A stretch of 32,000 nt of DNA from Geotalea uraniireducens Rf4 (GTDB lineage Bacteria; Desulfobacterota; Desulfuromonadia; Geobacterales; Geobacteraceae): NCBI RefSeq assembly GCF_000016745.1, contig NC_009483.1:270001-302000 (forward strand), in the 5' to 3' direction. The notes below the pieces were generated by a model. That model saw only the letters and a program-made list of their open reading frames with translations, had not been told where the DNA came from and made no database searches. The translations under genes and the position numbers were made by a program. Positions 1 to 8,692 of this stretch are shown in pieces (the first letter of the stretch is position 1; every line of letters starts with the position of its first letter).

Positions 1-1
1 A

Positions 2-325
2 GACTGGGGAGTACGGTGGAAGAATCCCGATTCTTATGTCCCTTACCTGGAAGCGGTACAGCGCTCCGTCCTCGCCGCGGAGGAACGCCACCCTCTTTCC
101 CGGAGAGAGGCGCTTTCCGAGGCGTTTTTCCTCGGCCTGCGGCTCCTGGATGGGGTCGATCTGCGTCTCCTTGAGGGGGAGTTCGGTCCTGCCGTCGAAG
201 AATATTTTGCCGCGCCGATCCGGGAGCTTACAGCGCAGGGACTTCTGGCCGCTGACGCCGGTCGCCTCTGTCTCTCGCCACGGGCAATAATCGTTGCCAA
301 CCAGGTTTTTGCCAGGTTTCTTTAG
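2..325 (+). CDS. hemW: HemW/HemN-like radical-SAM heme chaperone, C-terminal fragment (5' end outside window)
   Basis: Open frame from base 2 to TAG 323-325. It is absent from the ORF track because it has no in-window start. Translation ...RWKNPDSYVPYLEAV...FFLGLRLLDGVDL...CLSPRAIIVANQVFARFL looks like the HemN_C tail of HemW proteins. Confidence 0.6.
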   Translation, partial: DWGVRWKNPDSYVPYLEAVQRSVLAAEERHPLSRREALSEAFFLGLRLLDGVDLRLLEGEFGPAVEEYFAAPIRELTAQGLLAADAGRLCLSPRAIIVANQVFARFL

Positions 326-360
326 CCCATCCAGACGCGCCTTTAATCCCGGAAAATCCC

Positions 361-389
361 TTGACAAAGAACGGGTCGATTGTTACTTT
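361..389 (+). promoter_or_regulatory. sigma-70-type promoter of the hrcA operon (TTGACA-N17-TACTTT)
   Basis: TTGACA at 361-366, a 17-nt spacer, then TACTTT at 384-389. This places the transcription start just upstream of the CIRCE operator. Confidence 0.55.
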
Positions 390-397
390 GTGACTGT

Positions 398-424
398 TTA
401 GCACTCGAATTCCTTGAGTGCTAA
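398..424. promoter_or_regulatory. CIRCE operator (HrcA binding site)
   Basis: Perfect match to the consensus TTAGCACTC-N9-GAGTGCTAA: TTAGCACTC 398-406, gaattcctt, GAGTGCTAA 416-424. It lies 21 nt upstream of the hrcA ATG. Confidence 0.93.
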
Positions 425-444
425 CGTGCATTTAGAGGTAGGTT

Positions 445-1476
445 ATGAAAGAGCATCTTTCTGACAGAGGCAAGCAGATTCTCGAGGCGATCATCGAGGA
501 TTACATAGTGACAGCGGAGCCTGTCGGGAGCCGTACCATAACCCGCCGGCACCCGTTGTCACTTTCGCCTGCCACGGTGCGGAACGTGATGGCGGATCTG
601 GAGGAGATGGGATTTCTCGTCTCGCCGCACACCTCTGCCGGACGTATCCCCACGGATAAGGCCTATCGCTTTTACGTGAACTCTCTCTTGGCGGTGAAGA
701 ATATCGGCCGCGATGAACAGGAGGAGATCGTCAGGCGCTGCTCGCTGGCGGGCAAGGATATCGGCGAGGTGCTCAAGGAAACGAGCCGGATGTTGTCGGC
801 CACCTCCCATTACATGGGAATTGTCATGGCGCCCCGCTTCGACTCCAATGTTTTCCGCCACATGGAGTTCGTCAAGCTTGGCAGCAGGCGGATCTTGGCA
901 ATACTGGTGTCGCAGAACGGCACGGTGCAGAACAGGATCATCGAGGCGGATGAGGATGTGAGCGCGGCAGATCTGACCCGGATGTCCAACTACCTGAACG
1001 AACTGCTCCAGGGCCTGACCATTGCCCAGGTAAGGCACAGGCTCATCGAAGAGATGCAGAGCGAGAAGGCCCGATACGATCTGCTTCTGGCAAGGGCGCT
1101 TGCGCTTTCTTCCAAGACCCTCGATGAAGAGGATGCCCAGGTATTTATCGAGGGGCAGGTCAACATTCTGGAACAGCCGGAGTTTGCCGATGTGGGCCGG
1201 ATGAAGGATATCTTCCGCACCTTCGAGAAGAAGAGCGCCATCCTGGAGTTGCTTGACCGGGCCATGGCCGCGGAAGGGGTGCAGATATTCATCGGCTCCG
1301 AGTCCCATCTGAGTGAGATGCCGGGGATGAGCCTGATCACCTCCACCTACGTGACCGGCCAGAACACCCTGGGGGTACTGGGTGTCATCGGCCCCACCCG
1401 GATGGGGTATGCCAAAGTCATACCGATCGTCGATTATACGGCAAAACTGGTGAGCAGATTGCTGGAACTGGAATAA
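445..1476 (+). CDS. hrcA: heat-inducible transcription repressor HrcA
   Basis: 343-aa ORF with an N-terminal winged-helix segment ([21 protein letters not shown]). It sits directly behind CIRCE and ahead of grpE-dnaK-dnaJ. Confidence 0.95.
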   Translation: MKEHLSDRGKQILEAIIEDYIVTAEPVGSRTITRRHPLSLSPATVRNVMADLEEMGFLVSPHTSAGRIPTDKAYRFYVNSLLAVKNIGRDEQEEIVRRCSLAGKDIGEVLKETSRMLSATSHYMGIVMAPRFDSNVFRHMEFVKLGSRRILAILVSQNGTVQNRIIEADEDVSAADLTRMSNYLNELLQGLTIAQVRHRLIEEMQSEKARYDLLLARALALSSKTLDEEDAQVFIEGQVNILEQPEFADVGRMKDIFRTFEKKSAILELLDRAMAAEGVQIFIGSESHLSEMPGMSLITSTYVTGQNTLGVLGVIGPTRMGYAKVIPIVDYTAKLVSRLLELE

Positions 1477-1540
1477 ACGCCGTTGCTGTCAAGCCGCCCC
1501 GCCGGGGTGTCTCTACAATAATGTAAGGAGATTAAGAACT

Positions 1541-2140
1541 GTGGAAAAGAAAAAGCATGGCACGAACTCGATCAGCGAGGCGCTGAAGGTAAAAGCGGCG
1601 GTGGAGCAGGAGACGGCGACGCCGGAGCCGACCCCCCAGTCTGAAACGGAAAGCGCCGATAAAATAAAACAACTGGAAGAAGCGCTGGCTGCAAAAGAGG
1701 CTGAGGCTGCGGCGAACTGGGACAAGGTCCTCCGCGAACGGGCCGACCTTGAAAACTATCGCAAGCGGGTGCAGAAGGAAAAGGAGGAGCTCCTCAAGTA
1801 CGGCAACGAGTCGCTCATCCTCGAGATCCTTCCTGCCATCGACAACATGGAGCGCGCGCTTGAGCATGCCTGCGATGAGAGCATGTCGGCAATCGTCGAG
1901 GGGATAAAGATGACCCTCTGCATGCTCCAGTCGACCCTGAAAAAATTCGGCGTTGCTCCGGTTGATGCCGGAAAGGGGACCACTTTCGACCCTGCCTATC
2001 ATCAGGCCATGAACCAGGTGGAAAGCAGCGAGCATGAGCCGAATACGATCGTCAGCGAGTTCCAGAAGGGGTATCTCCTCAACGAACGGCTGCTCAGGCC
2101 TGCGCTGGTTTCGGTTGCGACGGCGCCGAAGGAGCAATAA
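1541..2140 (+). CDS. grpE: nucleotide exchange factor GrpE
   Basis: GTG start with AAGGAG (1525-1530) 10 nt upstream. GrpE-like motifs [12 protein letters not shown] and FDPAYHQAM, and position between hrcA and dnaK. Confidence 0.93.
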   Translation: MEKKKHGTNSISEALKVKAAVEQETATPEPTPQSETESADKIKQLEEALAAKEAEAAANWDKVLRERADLENYRKRVQKEKEELLKYGNESLILEILPAIDNMERALEHACDESMSAIVEGIKMTLCMLQSTLKKFGVAPVDAGKGTTFDPAYHQAMNQVESSEHEPNTIVSEFQKGYLLNERLLRPALVSVATAPKEQ

Positions 2141-2157
2141 GGACCGCAATAAGGACC

Positions 2158-2158
<1 letters not shown>
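2135..2158. repeat. 12-bp tandem duplication CAATAAGGACCG x2 that includes the grpE stop codon
   Basis: CAATAAGGACCG at 2135-2146 and again at 2147-2158. The first copy carries the grpE TAA (2138-2140); the second carries a duplicate in-frame TAA. Confidence 0.9.
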
Positions 2159-2256
<98 letters not shown>

Positions 2257-2328
2257 CAACGCCCCTTGTTTTTTTCGTGGGCGATGACTAGCTTGTAAAA
2301 ACAGAGACAAAAAAGGAGGAGAGTTTAG

Positions 2329-4236
2329 ATGAGTAAAGTTATAGGTATTGACCTGGGAACCACCAACTCCTGCGTGGCGATTATGGAAGGTGGCGAGCCC
2401 ATTGTTATAGCCAATGCCGAGGGGAGCCGCACTACGCCTTCGATGGTTGCCATCACCGACAGCGGCGAGCGTCTGGTCGGGCAGCAGGCAAAGCGACAGG
2501 CCGTGACCAACCCGGAGAACACCCTGTTCGCCATTAAGCGCCTCATCGGCCGCAAGTTCGATTCCGAGGCGGTGAAGAAGGATATCGCCATCTCGCCGTT
2601 CAAGATCGTCAAAGCGGACAATGGCGACGCCTGGGTGGAGGTGCGCGGGCAGAAGTATTCAGCCCCCGAGATATCCGCCATGGTGCTGCAGAAAATGAAG
2701 AAAACCGCCGAAGACTACCTGGGGGAGACCGTTACCGACGCGGTCATCACCGTCCCCGCTTACTTCGATGACTCACAGCGCCAGGCGACCAAGGATGCCG
2801 GGAAGATCGCCGGCCTGAACGTGCTCAGGATCATCAACGAGCCGACTGCAGCAGCGCTTGCCTACGGCCTCGACAAGAAGAAGGACGAGAAGATTGCGGT
2901 CTTCGACCTGGGTGGCGGGACTTTCGACATATCCATTCTTGAGCTGGGGGAAGGGGTCTTTGAGGTGAAGTCTACCAACGGCGACACCTTCCTCGGCGGC
3001 GAGGATTTCGACCAGGACATCATCGACTGGATTGCCGCAGAGTTCAAAAAAGACCAGGGGATCGACCTGCGCGGCGACAAAATGGCACTGCAGAGGCTGA
3101 AGGAGGCTGCGGAAAAGGCCAAGTGCGAGCTTTCCACTTCCCTGGAAACCGATATCAACCTCCCCTTCATCACCGCCGATGCCACCGGCCCCAAGCACCT
3201 CAACCTGAAGCTGACCAGGGCAAAGCTTGAGGCGATATGCGCAAACCTGATCGCCAAGCTGGAAGGGCCGTGCAGGACAGCGCTCAAGGATGCCGGCCTC
3301 TCCCCCAATGACATCGACGAGGTGATCCTTGTCGGCGGGATGACCCGCATGCCGATAGTGCAGAAAAAGGTGCAGGACATCTTCGGCAAGGTCCCCAACC
3401 GCAGCGTCAACCCCGACGAGGTCGTGGCCATCGGCGCCGCCATCCAGGGGGGGGTGCTGAGAGGGGATGTCAAGGACGTGCTCCTGCTCGACGTCACCCC
3501 CCTCTCCCTCGGTATCGAGACCTTGGGCGGTGTCATGACCAGGCTGATCGAGAAGAACGCCACCATCCCGTGCCGCAAAAGCCAGATATTCTCCACGGCC
3601 GCTGACAACCAGCCGGCCGTCAGCATCCACGTGCTCCAGGGGGAACGGGAAATGTCGACGGACAACAAGACCCTCGGCAATTTCGAGTTGAGCGGCATCC
3701 CTCCCGCACCGCGTGGCGTTCCCCAGATCGAGGTGACCTTCGACATCGACGCCAACGGCATTGTCCATGTTTCCGCCAAGGACCTCGGGACCGGCAAGGA
3801 GCAGTCGATCCGTATCACCGCCTCTTCCGGCCTCTCCAAGGAAGAGATCGACAAGATGGTCAAGGACGCGGAGGCCCACTCCTCCGAGGACAAGAAGAAA
3901 CGCGAGCTGATCGAGGCGCGCAACCAGGCCGACAGCCTCGCCTATTCAACGGAAAAATCGCTCAAGGAGTTCGGCGACAAGATCGATGCCGCGGAAAAAC
4001 AGAAGATCGAAGACGGCCTTGCCGCCTTGAAAAAGGCGATGGAAGGGAGCGATGCCGACGCCATCAAGAAGGCGAGCGACGAGCTGATGCAGGCTTCCCA
4101 CAAGCTGGCCGAAGCGGTCTATGCAAAGGCCCAGCCCGGTGAAGAGCAGGCGGGGGGCGCTCCCCACGAAGGTGAGGCCAAGGACGAAAAGGTCGTTGAC
4201 GCCGATTTTGAAGAAGTGAAGGAAGACAAGAAGTAG
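2329..4236 (+). CDS. dnaK: molecular chaperone DnaK (Hsp70)
   Basis: 635 aa with Hsp70 signatures [21 protein letters not shown] and [17 protein letters not shown] Shine-Dalgarno upstream. Confidence 0.99.
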   Translation: MSKVIGIDLGTTNSCVAIMEGGEPIVIANAEGSRTTPSMVAITDSGERLVGQQAKRQAVTNPENTLFAIKRLIGRKFDSEAVKKDIAISPFKIVKADNGDAWVEVRGQKYSAPEISAMVLQKMKKTAEDYLGETVTDAVITVPAYFDDSQRQATKDAGKIAGLNVLRIINEPTAAALAYGLDKKKDEKIAVFDLGGGTFDISILELGEGVFEVKSTNGDTFLGGEDFDQDIIDWIAAEFKKDQGIDLRGDKMALQRLKEAAEKAKCELSTSLETDINLPFITADATGPKHLNLKLTRAKLEAICANLIAKLEGPCRTALKDAGLSPNDIDEVILVGGMTRMPIVQKKVQDIFGKVPNRSVNPDEVVAIGAAIQGGVLRGDVKDVLLLDVTPLSLGIETLGGVMTRLIEKNATIPCRKSQIFSTAADNQPAVSIHVLQGEREMSTDNKTLGNFELSGIPPAPRGVPQIEVTFDIDANGIVHVSAKDLGTGKEQSIRITASSGLSKEEIDKMVKDAEAHSSEDKKKRELIEARNQADSLAYSTEKSLKEFGDKIDAAEKQKIEDGLAALKKAMEGSDADAIKKASDELMQASHKLAEAVYAKAQPGEEQAGGAPHEGEAKDEKVVDADFEEVKEDKK

Positions 4237-4291
4237 GGGCGCACCCATGTGTGCGCCCGATTTCCGGGCAGACACACGGGGCTGCCCCTAC
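4233..4291. repeat. REP/REPIN-like palindromic doublet with GTAG head
   Basis: GTAGGGGCGCAC-ccatgt-GTGCGCCC (4233-4258) and GGGCAG-acacacgggg-CTGCCCCTAC (4267-4291). Outer arms GTAGGGG / CCCCTAC are inverted. The TAG of the head is the dnaK stop codon (4234-4236). Confidence 0.8.
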
Positions 4292-4375
4292 GGCGTAAAT
4301 TGACAACCATATGATGCGCTGGGCAGCGACGGCATTTTTGTCTTCGCTGCCTCTTTGCGTTACAAAGGACATATT

Positions 4376-5494
4376 TTGGCAAACGGCGACAAACGTGATT
4401 ATTATGAGGTGCTGGAGGTAAACCGCAACGCTTCCGAAACCGAGGTCAAGAAGGCGTACCGGCGGCTGGCCATCCAGTACCATCCCGACAAAAACCCGGG
4501 GGACAAGGCTGCAGAAGACAATTTCAAGGAGCTGACGGAGGCCTACGAAGTCCTTTCCGATCCCCAGAAAAGGGCGCAGTACGACCAGTTCGGCCATGCC
4601 GGCATGGGGGGCGGCGGCTTTTCCTCCGGCGGCTTCGGTTTCGGCGCCGGTTCTCCCTTCGGCGACATTTTCGGCGACATCTTCGGCGATGTGTTCGGCG
4701 CCAGGCCGCGCAGCCGTGGCAAGCGCGGCGACGACCTGCTCTACAACATGGAGATCAGTTTCGAGGAAGCGGCCTTCGGTGTCGAGAAGAAGGTCGAGGT
4801 TCCCTATGCCAAGCGTTGCGACAGTTGCGGTGGCAGCGGCGCCAAGGCGGGGACCGAGCCGAAGACCTGTCCCACCTGCCGTGGCGCCGGTCAGGTGCGG
4901 TTCCAGCAGGGTTTTTTCAGTGTCAGTAAGACCTGCACCCATTGCAACGGAGAAGGGCGGGTGGTGGAAAATCCTTGCCCGACCTGCCGTGGCGCCGGCA
5001 CGGTGCGGGACAAGAAGACCCTTTCGGTCAAAATTCCCGCCGGCGTGGAAACCGGCAACCGTTTAAAGCTCTCAGGAGAAGGGGGGCAGGGGCTCAAGGG
5101 TGGGCCCAACGGCGACCTTTACGTGGCCATCACGGTCCGCGAGCACTCTATTTTCAAGCGGGAAGACAACAACGTCATCTGTGAAATCCCCGTCAGCTAC
5201 ACCCAGGCGGCCCTCGGCTGCGAACTGGAAATACCCACCCTGGACGGTAAAGTGAATCTGAAGATTCCCGAGGGGACCCAGTCCGGCAAGATATTCAGGC
5301 TGCGCGGCAAGGGTATACATGTTTTGCAGGGATACGGACGGGGCGATCACCTGGTGGTCGTCAAGGTTGAGACGCCGACGAATCTTACCAAGCAGCAGAA
5401 AGAGCTTTTGGAGGAATTCGCCCGGATCGGCGGCGAAGACGTGAACCCCATGAGGAAAAACTTTTTTTCCAAGGTAATGGACCTGTTAAGTTGA
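4376..5494 (+). CDS. dnaJ: co-chaperone DnaJ (Hsp40)
   Basis: J-domain HPD motif (YHPDKNPGD), a G/F-rich linker and four CxxCxGxG zinc-finger repeats ([32 protein letters not shown]). I prefer TTG 4376 ([13 protein letters not shown]) with AAAGGA 6 nt upstream. The ORF track's TTG 4355 is the alternative start. Confidence 0.93.
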   Translation: MANGDKRDYYEVLEVNRNASETEVKKAYRRLAIQYHPDKNPGDKAAEDNFKELTEAYEVLSDPQKRAQYDQFGHAGMGGGGFSSGGFGFGAGSPFGDIFGDIFGDVFGARPRSRGKRGDDLLYNMEISFEEAAFGVEKKVEVPYAKRCDSCGGSGAKAGTEPKTCPTCRGAGQVRFQQGFFSVSKTCTHCNGEGRVVENPCPTCRGAGTVRDKKTLSVKIPAGVETGNRLKLSGEGGQGLKGGPNGDLYVAITVREHSIFKREDNNVICEIPVSYTQAALGCELEIPTLDGKVNLKIPEGTQSGKIFRLRGKGIHVLQGYGRGDHLVVVKVETPTNLTKQQKELLEEFARIGGEDVNPMRKNFFSKVMDLLS

Positions 5495-6069
5495 AACAGC
5501 GGAGCAAAATACCGGGGAAATCGTTCATCCCGGCATGGCCGGCCGCGGCATTTTGGGCCGCGGCTCTGCTTTGCTGCACTGCCGCGCCTCTCTTTGCGGG
5601 GGGGAGTTATTACGCCAGAACCACACTGCTGCGCAATCAGGAATATGCCGATGCCCTTTTGAAGGGGATTCGGGACGCCCGCAGAAGCATCGTCTTTTCC
5701 TTTTACCTGTTCAAGGTGACCGAATCACGCGGCAACCAGCCGCGCATCATTACCGCGGAGCTGATCAAGGCCGCCATGCGCGGGGTGGATGTGACGGTCT
5801 TCCTGGAAAAAGGGAACGACAAGAACGACCAGCTTAATGGGGAAAACCGCGACACCGCCGCCCTTCTGGCAAAAGGAGGGGTAAAGGTGTTTTTCGATTC
5901 GCCCCGTGTCACCAGCCACATGAAAACGGTCGTAATCGACGGCCGCTACGTCTACATCGGCAGCCATAACCTGACCCAGAGCGCACTCCAGCGCAACAAC
6001 GAGCTCTCGGTCCTCATTGACTCACCCGAGATGGCCGCCGAGATCAAGGCCTACCTGGACCGATTGTAG
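5491..6069 (+). CDS. secreted phospholipase-D-superfamily protein with a single HKD motif (Nuc-like)
   Basis: 192 aa with an N-terminal signal-like segment ([27 protein letters not shown]). One HxK(x)4D motif, [20 protein letters not shown]. The TTG start overlaps the dnaJ stop (TTGA). Confidence 0.7.
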   Translation: MKQRSKIPGKSFIPAWPAAAFWAAALLCCTAAPLFAGGSYYARTTLLRNQEYADALLKGIRDARRSIVFSFYLFKVTESRGNQPRIITAELIKAAMRGVDVTVFLEKGNDKNDQLNGENRDTAALLAKGGVKVFFDSPRVTSHMKTVVIDGRYVYIGSHNLTQSALQRNNELSVLIDSPEMAAEIKAYLDRL

Positions 6070-6163
6070 GCGATACACCACTTCCTTCCCGGCAAGTTAT
6101 TCATTCAGCAAAAGTGCAGCTATCCATAGAAAAAATAAAGATTATTCCCTTTCGCAAGCGGCG

Positions 6164-6172
6164 TGGTATACT
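6164..6172 (+). promoter_or_regulatory. possible extended -10 promoter element (TGGTATACT) upstream of larB
   Basis: TGnTATACT at 6164-6172, about 75 nt upstream of the larB ATG. There is no convincing -35. Confidence 0.3.
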
Positions 6173-6245
6173 CTCCTTTCGGTTGTGTATCGACGACAAG
6201 GCAAATCGATTGGACTTTGAATCTCATGAAAGCGAAGGGCACCTG

Positions 6246-6995
6246 ATGGACCGCACCGAATTAAAGCGATTGCTGTACAACGTAAAAAACAACGACATAG
6301 GGGTTGAAGATGCCCTTGACCGGCTCAAGCACCTCCCCTTCGAAGAGCTCGGTTGCGCAACCATCGACCACCACCGGACTCTGCGTCAGGGATTTCCCGA
6401 GGTGATTTTCGGCGAAAGTAAGACCGTCGGTCAGATGGAGCAGATCATTATTGCGCTCCTGGCCAAGGGGAACAACATCCTGGCAACGAGGGTCGATGGG
6501 GAGAAGGCGGCAAAGCTCAGGCAGACGTTCCCGACGGCCCACTACCACAGCGAGGCGCGTTGTCTCACCATCGAGCAAAAACCCGTTGAACTTAAGGGGC
6601 GGGGGAAAATCCTGGTGATTTCGGCAGGCACCTCGGACATCCCGGTTGCGGGAGAAGCCGTGATAACAGGCCGGATGATGGGGAACGAGGTCGAGAGCCT
6701 CTTCGATGTGGGGGTGGCAGGGCTCCATCGACTCCTGGCGCAAAAGGAGCTTCTGATTTCCGCCGCAGTGGTCATCGTCGTCGCCGGCATGGAAGGGGCG
6801 CTCCCCTCGGTGGTCGGCGGTTTGGTCGACAAGCCGGTGATCGCGGTCCCCACCTCGGTGGGATACGGCGCATCCTTCGGCGGGATCGCCGCGCTGCTTG
6901 GCATGCTCAACTCATGCGCCGCCGGGGTAACGGTGGTGAATATCGATAACGGATTCGGCGCTGCCTATGCGGCCAGCCTGATGAACCGGGAATAA
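6246..6995 (+). CDS. larB: nickel-pincer cofactor biosynthesis protein LarB (PurE/AIR-carboxylase-like)
   Basis: 249 aa from ATG 6246 (MDRTELKRLL), a typical LarB length. PurE-like half with ILVISAGTSDIPVAGEA, VVAGMEGALPSVVGGL and VIAVPTSVGYG. Followed by larC. Confidence 0.8.
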   Translation: MDRTELKRLLYNVKNNDIGVEDALDRLKHLPFEELGCATIDHHRTLRQGFPEVIFGESKTVGQMEQIIIALLAKGNNILATRVDGEKAAKLRQTFPTAHYHSEARCLTIEQKPVELKGRGKILVISAGTSDIPVAGEAVITGRMMGNEVESLFDVGVAGLHRLLAQKELLISAAVVIVVAGMEGALPSVVGGLVDKPVIAVPTSVGYGASFGGIAALLGMLNSCAAGVTVVNIDNGFGAAYAASLMNRE

Positions 6996-7005
6996 AAATC
7001 AGGTA

Positions 7006-7057
7006 CGAGGAGCCAGGCGCGAGGAACGGCGTTTTTCCTCGTTCCTTGTTCCTCGAC
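7006..7057. repeat. structured larB|larC spacer: GAGGAA/TTCCTC hairpin plus tandem CCTYGNN heptads
   Basis: GAGGAA 7021-7026 pairs with TTCCTC 7035-7040, and CGAGG 7006-7010 pairs with CCTCG 7051-7055. Tandem heptads CCTCGTT (7037), CCTTGTT (7044) and CCTCGAC (7051). Confidence 0.7.
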
Positions 7058-7073
7058 CCTGCGGAGGATTCGC

Positions 7074-8246
7074 TTGCGAATCGTTTATTTCGACTGTTTT
7101 GCCGGCATTGCCGGTGACATGACGGTGGCAGCCCTCATTGAGCTGGGGGTCCCCATCGATTACCTGCGAGAGGAACTGGCCAAGCTGCCGTTGCCCCTCT
7201 CCGCATACAGCATAAGCGTCGAGCAGGTCCAGCGTAAGGGGATAGCTGCCACCAGGTTTCACGTCCGTGCGGAGGAACACCAGCCCCATCGCCATTATAC
7301 CGACATCGCCGCCATGATCGAACAGAGCACCCTGTCCGACCGGGTGAAGGAGATGGCGCAGAGAGTCTTTTTCCGGCTGGCCGAGGCCGAAGCCAGGGTC
7401 CATGGGGTGGAGATCGGCCATGTCCATTTCCATGAGGTGGGGGGGGTCGACTCGATCGTCGATATCGTCGGCGCTGCCATTTGCCTCGACTACCTGGGTA
7501 TCGGCGAACTGCATGTCTCTCCCCTGCCGCTCGGAAGCGGCTTTGTGGAGACGGCCCACGGCAGGCTGCCGGTGCCGGCCCCGGCAACTGCCGAGCTTTT
7601 GCGGGGGATCCCGGTGCATGGCGATGTCGGGCCGGGAGAGCGGGTAACCCCGACCGGTGCCGCAATTGTCGCCGCCCTGGCTGACAGCTTCGGCCGTGCC
7701 CCTGCCATGCGGGTCGTAGCCGTTGGGTGCGGCGCCGGCAGCAAGGACTTTGACGACATGCCGAACGTGGTGCGTCTCGTCATGGGGGAAAAAACGGCTA
7801 TACTCCTGAAGGATGAAATTTATGTGATCGAAACCCACATAGACGATATGAACCCTGAAATCCTCGGCTTTCTCATGGAGCGGCTCCTGGCTTGCGGAGC
7901 CCTGGATGTGGCCTTTTCTCCCCTGCAGATGAAGAAGAACCGTCCCGGCAGCAAGCTGACCATCCTCTCTTCCTTCGACAAACTGGACGAACTGGCCAGG
8001 CTGGTTCTGACCGAATCAACCGCCATCGGGGTGCGCTATTATCCCGTGGCGCGGATGATCCTCTCCCGCGCCATGGAAGAGCGGGACACCTCGCTGGGGC
8101 GGGTGAAGGTCAAGGTCGTCAGCGATGAGGCCCAACTGCTGCGCATAGTCCCCGAATTCGAGGAGTGCCGCCGCCTTGCGCGAGAAAAGGGTCTGCCGCT
8201 CATGGAAGTTTACCGGATTATCGAACGGGAGACAGCCGGGCAATGA
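7074..8246 (+). CDS. larC: nickel insertion protein LarC (DUF111 family, pyridinium-3,5-bisthiocarboxylate mononucleotide nickel chelatase)
   Basis: 390 aa with a TTG start. N-terminal signature MRIVYFDCFAGIAGDM typical of LarC/DUF111. Adjacent to larB. Confidence 0.8.
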   Translation: MRIVYFDCFAGIAGDMTVAALIELGVPIDYLREELAKLPLPLSAYSISVEQVQRKGIAATRFHVRAEEHQPHRHYTDIAAMIEQSTLSDRVKEMAQRVFFRLAEAEARVHGVEIGHVHFHEVGGVDSIVDIVGAAICLDYLGIGELHVSPLPLGSGFVETAHGRLPVPAPATAELLRGIPVHGDVGPGERVTPTGAAIVAALADSFGRAPAMRVVAVGCGAGSKDFDDMPNVVRLVMGEKTAILLKDEIYVIETHIDDMNPEILGFLMERLLACGALDVAFSPLQMKKNRPGSKLTILSSFDKLDELARLVLTESTAIGVRYYPVARMILSRAMEERDTSLGRVKVKVVSDEAQLLRIVPEFEECRRLAREKGLPLMEVYRIIERETAGQ

Positions 8247-8692
8247 GGCGTTTCGTGATTATTTCCGCCACCTGGTGGGGGACGGGCTTCAGTCCCGTGG
8301 CCTCCGGCACGGTCGGCACCCTGGCGGCAATTCCTCTTTACTTCCTACTGGCGGGGCTGTCCCTGCCGCTCTACAGCCTTACGCTGCTGGCCTTCTTCTT
8401 TTTTGCCTGCTGGGCCGCGGGACAGGCCGAATTGATTTTCAACGAGAAGGATTCGGGAAAGATCGTCATCGACGAAGTGGTCGGCTACCTGGTGACCATG
8501 ATCGCGGTCCCCTTCAGCTTCACCGCGGTTATTCTCGGCTTTTTTCTCTTCCGCTTCTTCGACATCACAAAGATTCCGCCGGCCCGCTTTTTTGACCGGC
8601 AGGTCAAAAACGGCTACGGCGTGGTGCTGGACGACGTGGTGGCAGGAGCCTACGCCTGCCTGTCACTCCATCTGATTCTGAGGTTTCTGTGA
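8243..8692 (+). CDS. pgpA: phosphatidylglycerophosphatase A
   Basis: ATG 8243 overlaps the larC stop (ATGA). Motif WWGTGFSPVASGTVGTLAAIP and a multi-pass hydrophobic profile are typical of PgpA. The track ORF start at 8165 is rejected because it lies inside larC. Confidence 0.82.
   Translation: MRRFVIISATWWGTGFSPVASGTVGTLAAIPLYFLLAGLSLPLYSLTLLAFFFFACWAAGQAELIFNEKDSGKIVIDEVVGYLVTMIAVPFSFTAVILGFFLFRFFDITKIPPARFFDRQVKNGYGVVLDDVVAGAYACLSLHLILRFL

Noticed and set aside
2257-2328. Sigma-32 (RpoH) heat-shock promoter in front of dnaK
   Set aside because: No acceptable match to CTTGAAA-N13-15-CCCCATnT. Only CTTGTTT or CTTGTAA fragments occur, without a -10 partner.
4323-4350. Hairpin GCAGCGA-N14-TCGCTGC upstream of dnaJ as a separate regulatory element
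   Set aside because: It is only a 7-bp stem with a large loop and no U-tract, and there is no second copy with clear identity. It is too weak to call, and the resemblance of GTCTTCGCTGCCTC to 14941-14954 is marginal.
4658-4699. Tandem 12-nt repeats ([12 protein letters not shown]) inside dnaJ
   Set aside because: This is the normal glycine/phenylalanine-rich linker of DnaJ. The repeat is in frame and is a known low-complexity feature, not an independent element.
6114-6245. N-terminal extension of larB from the GTG at 6114 in the ORF track
   Set aside because: It would add 44 residues with no LarB similarity and would cover the putative promoter. ATG 6246 gives a typical LarB length (249 aa) and has a GAAGGG Shine-Dalgarno-like sequence upstream.
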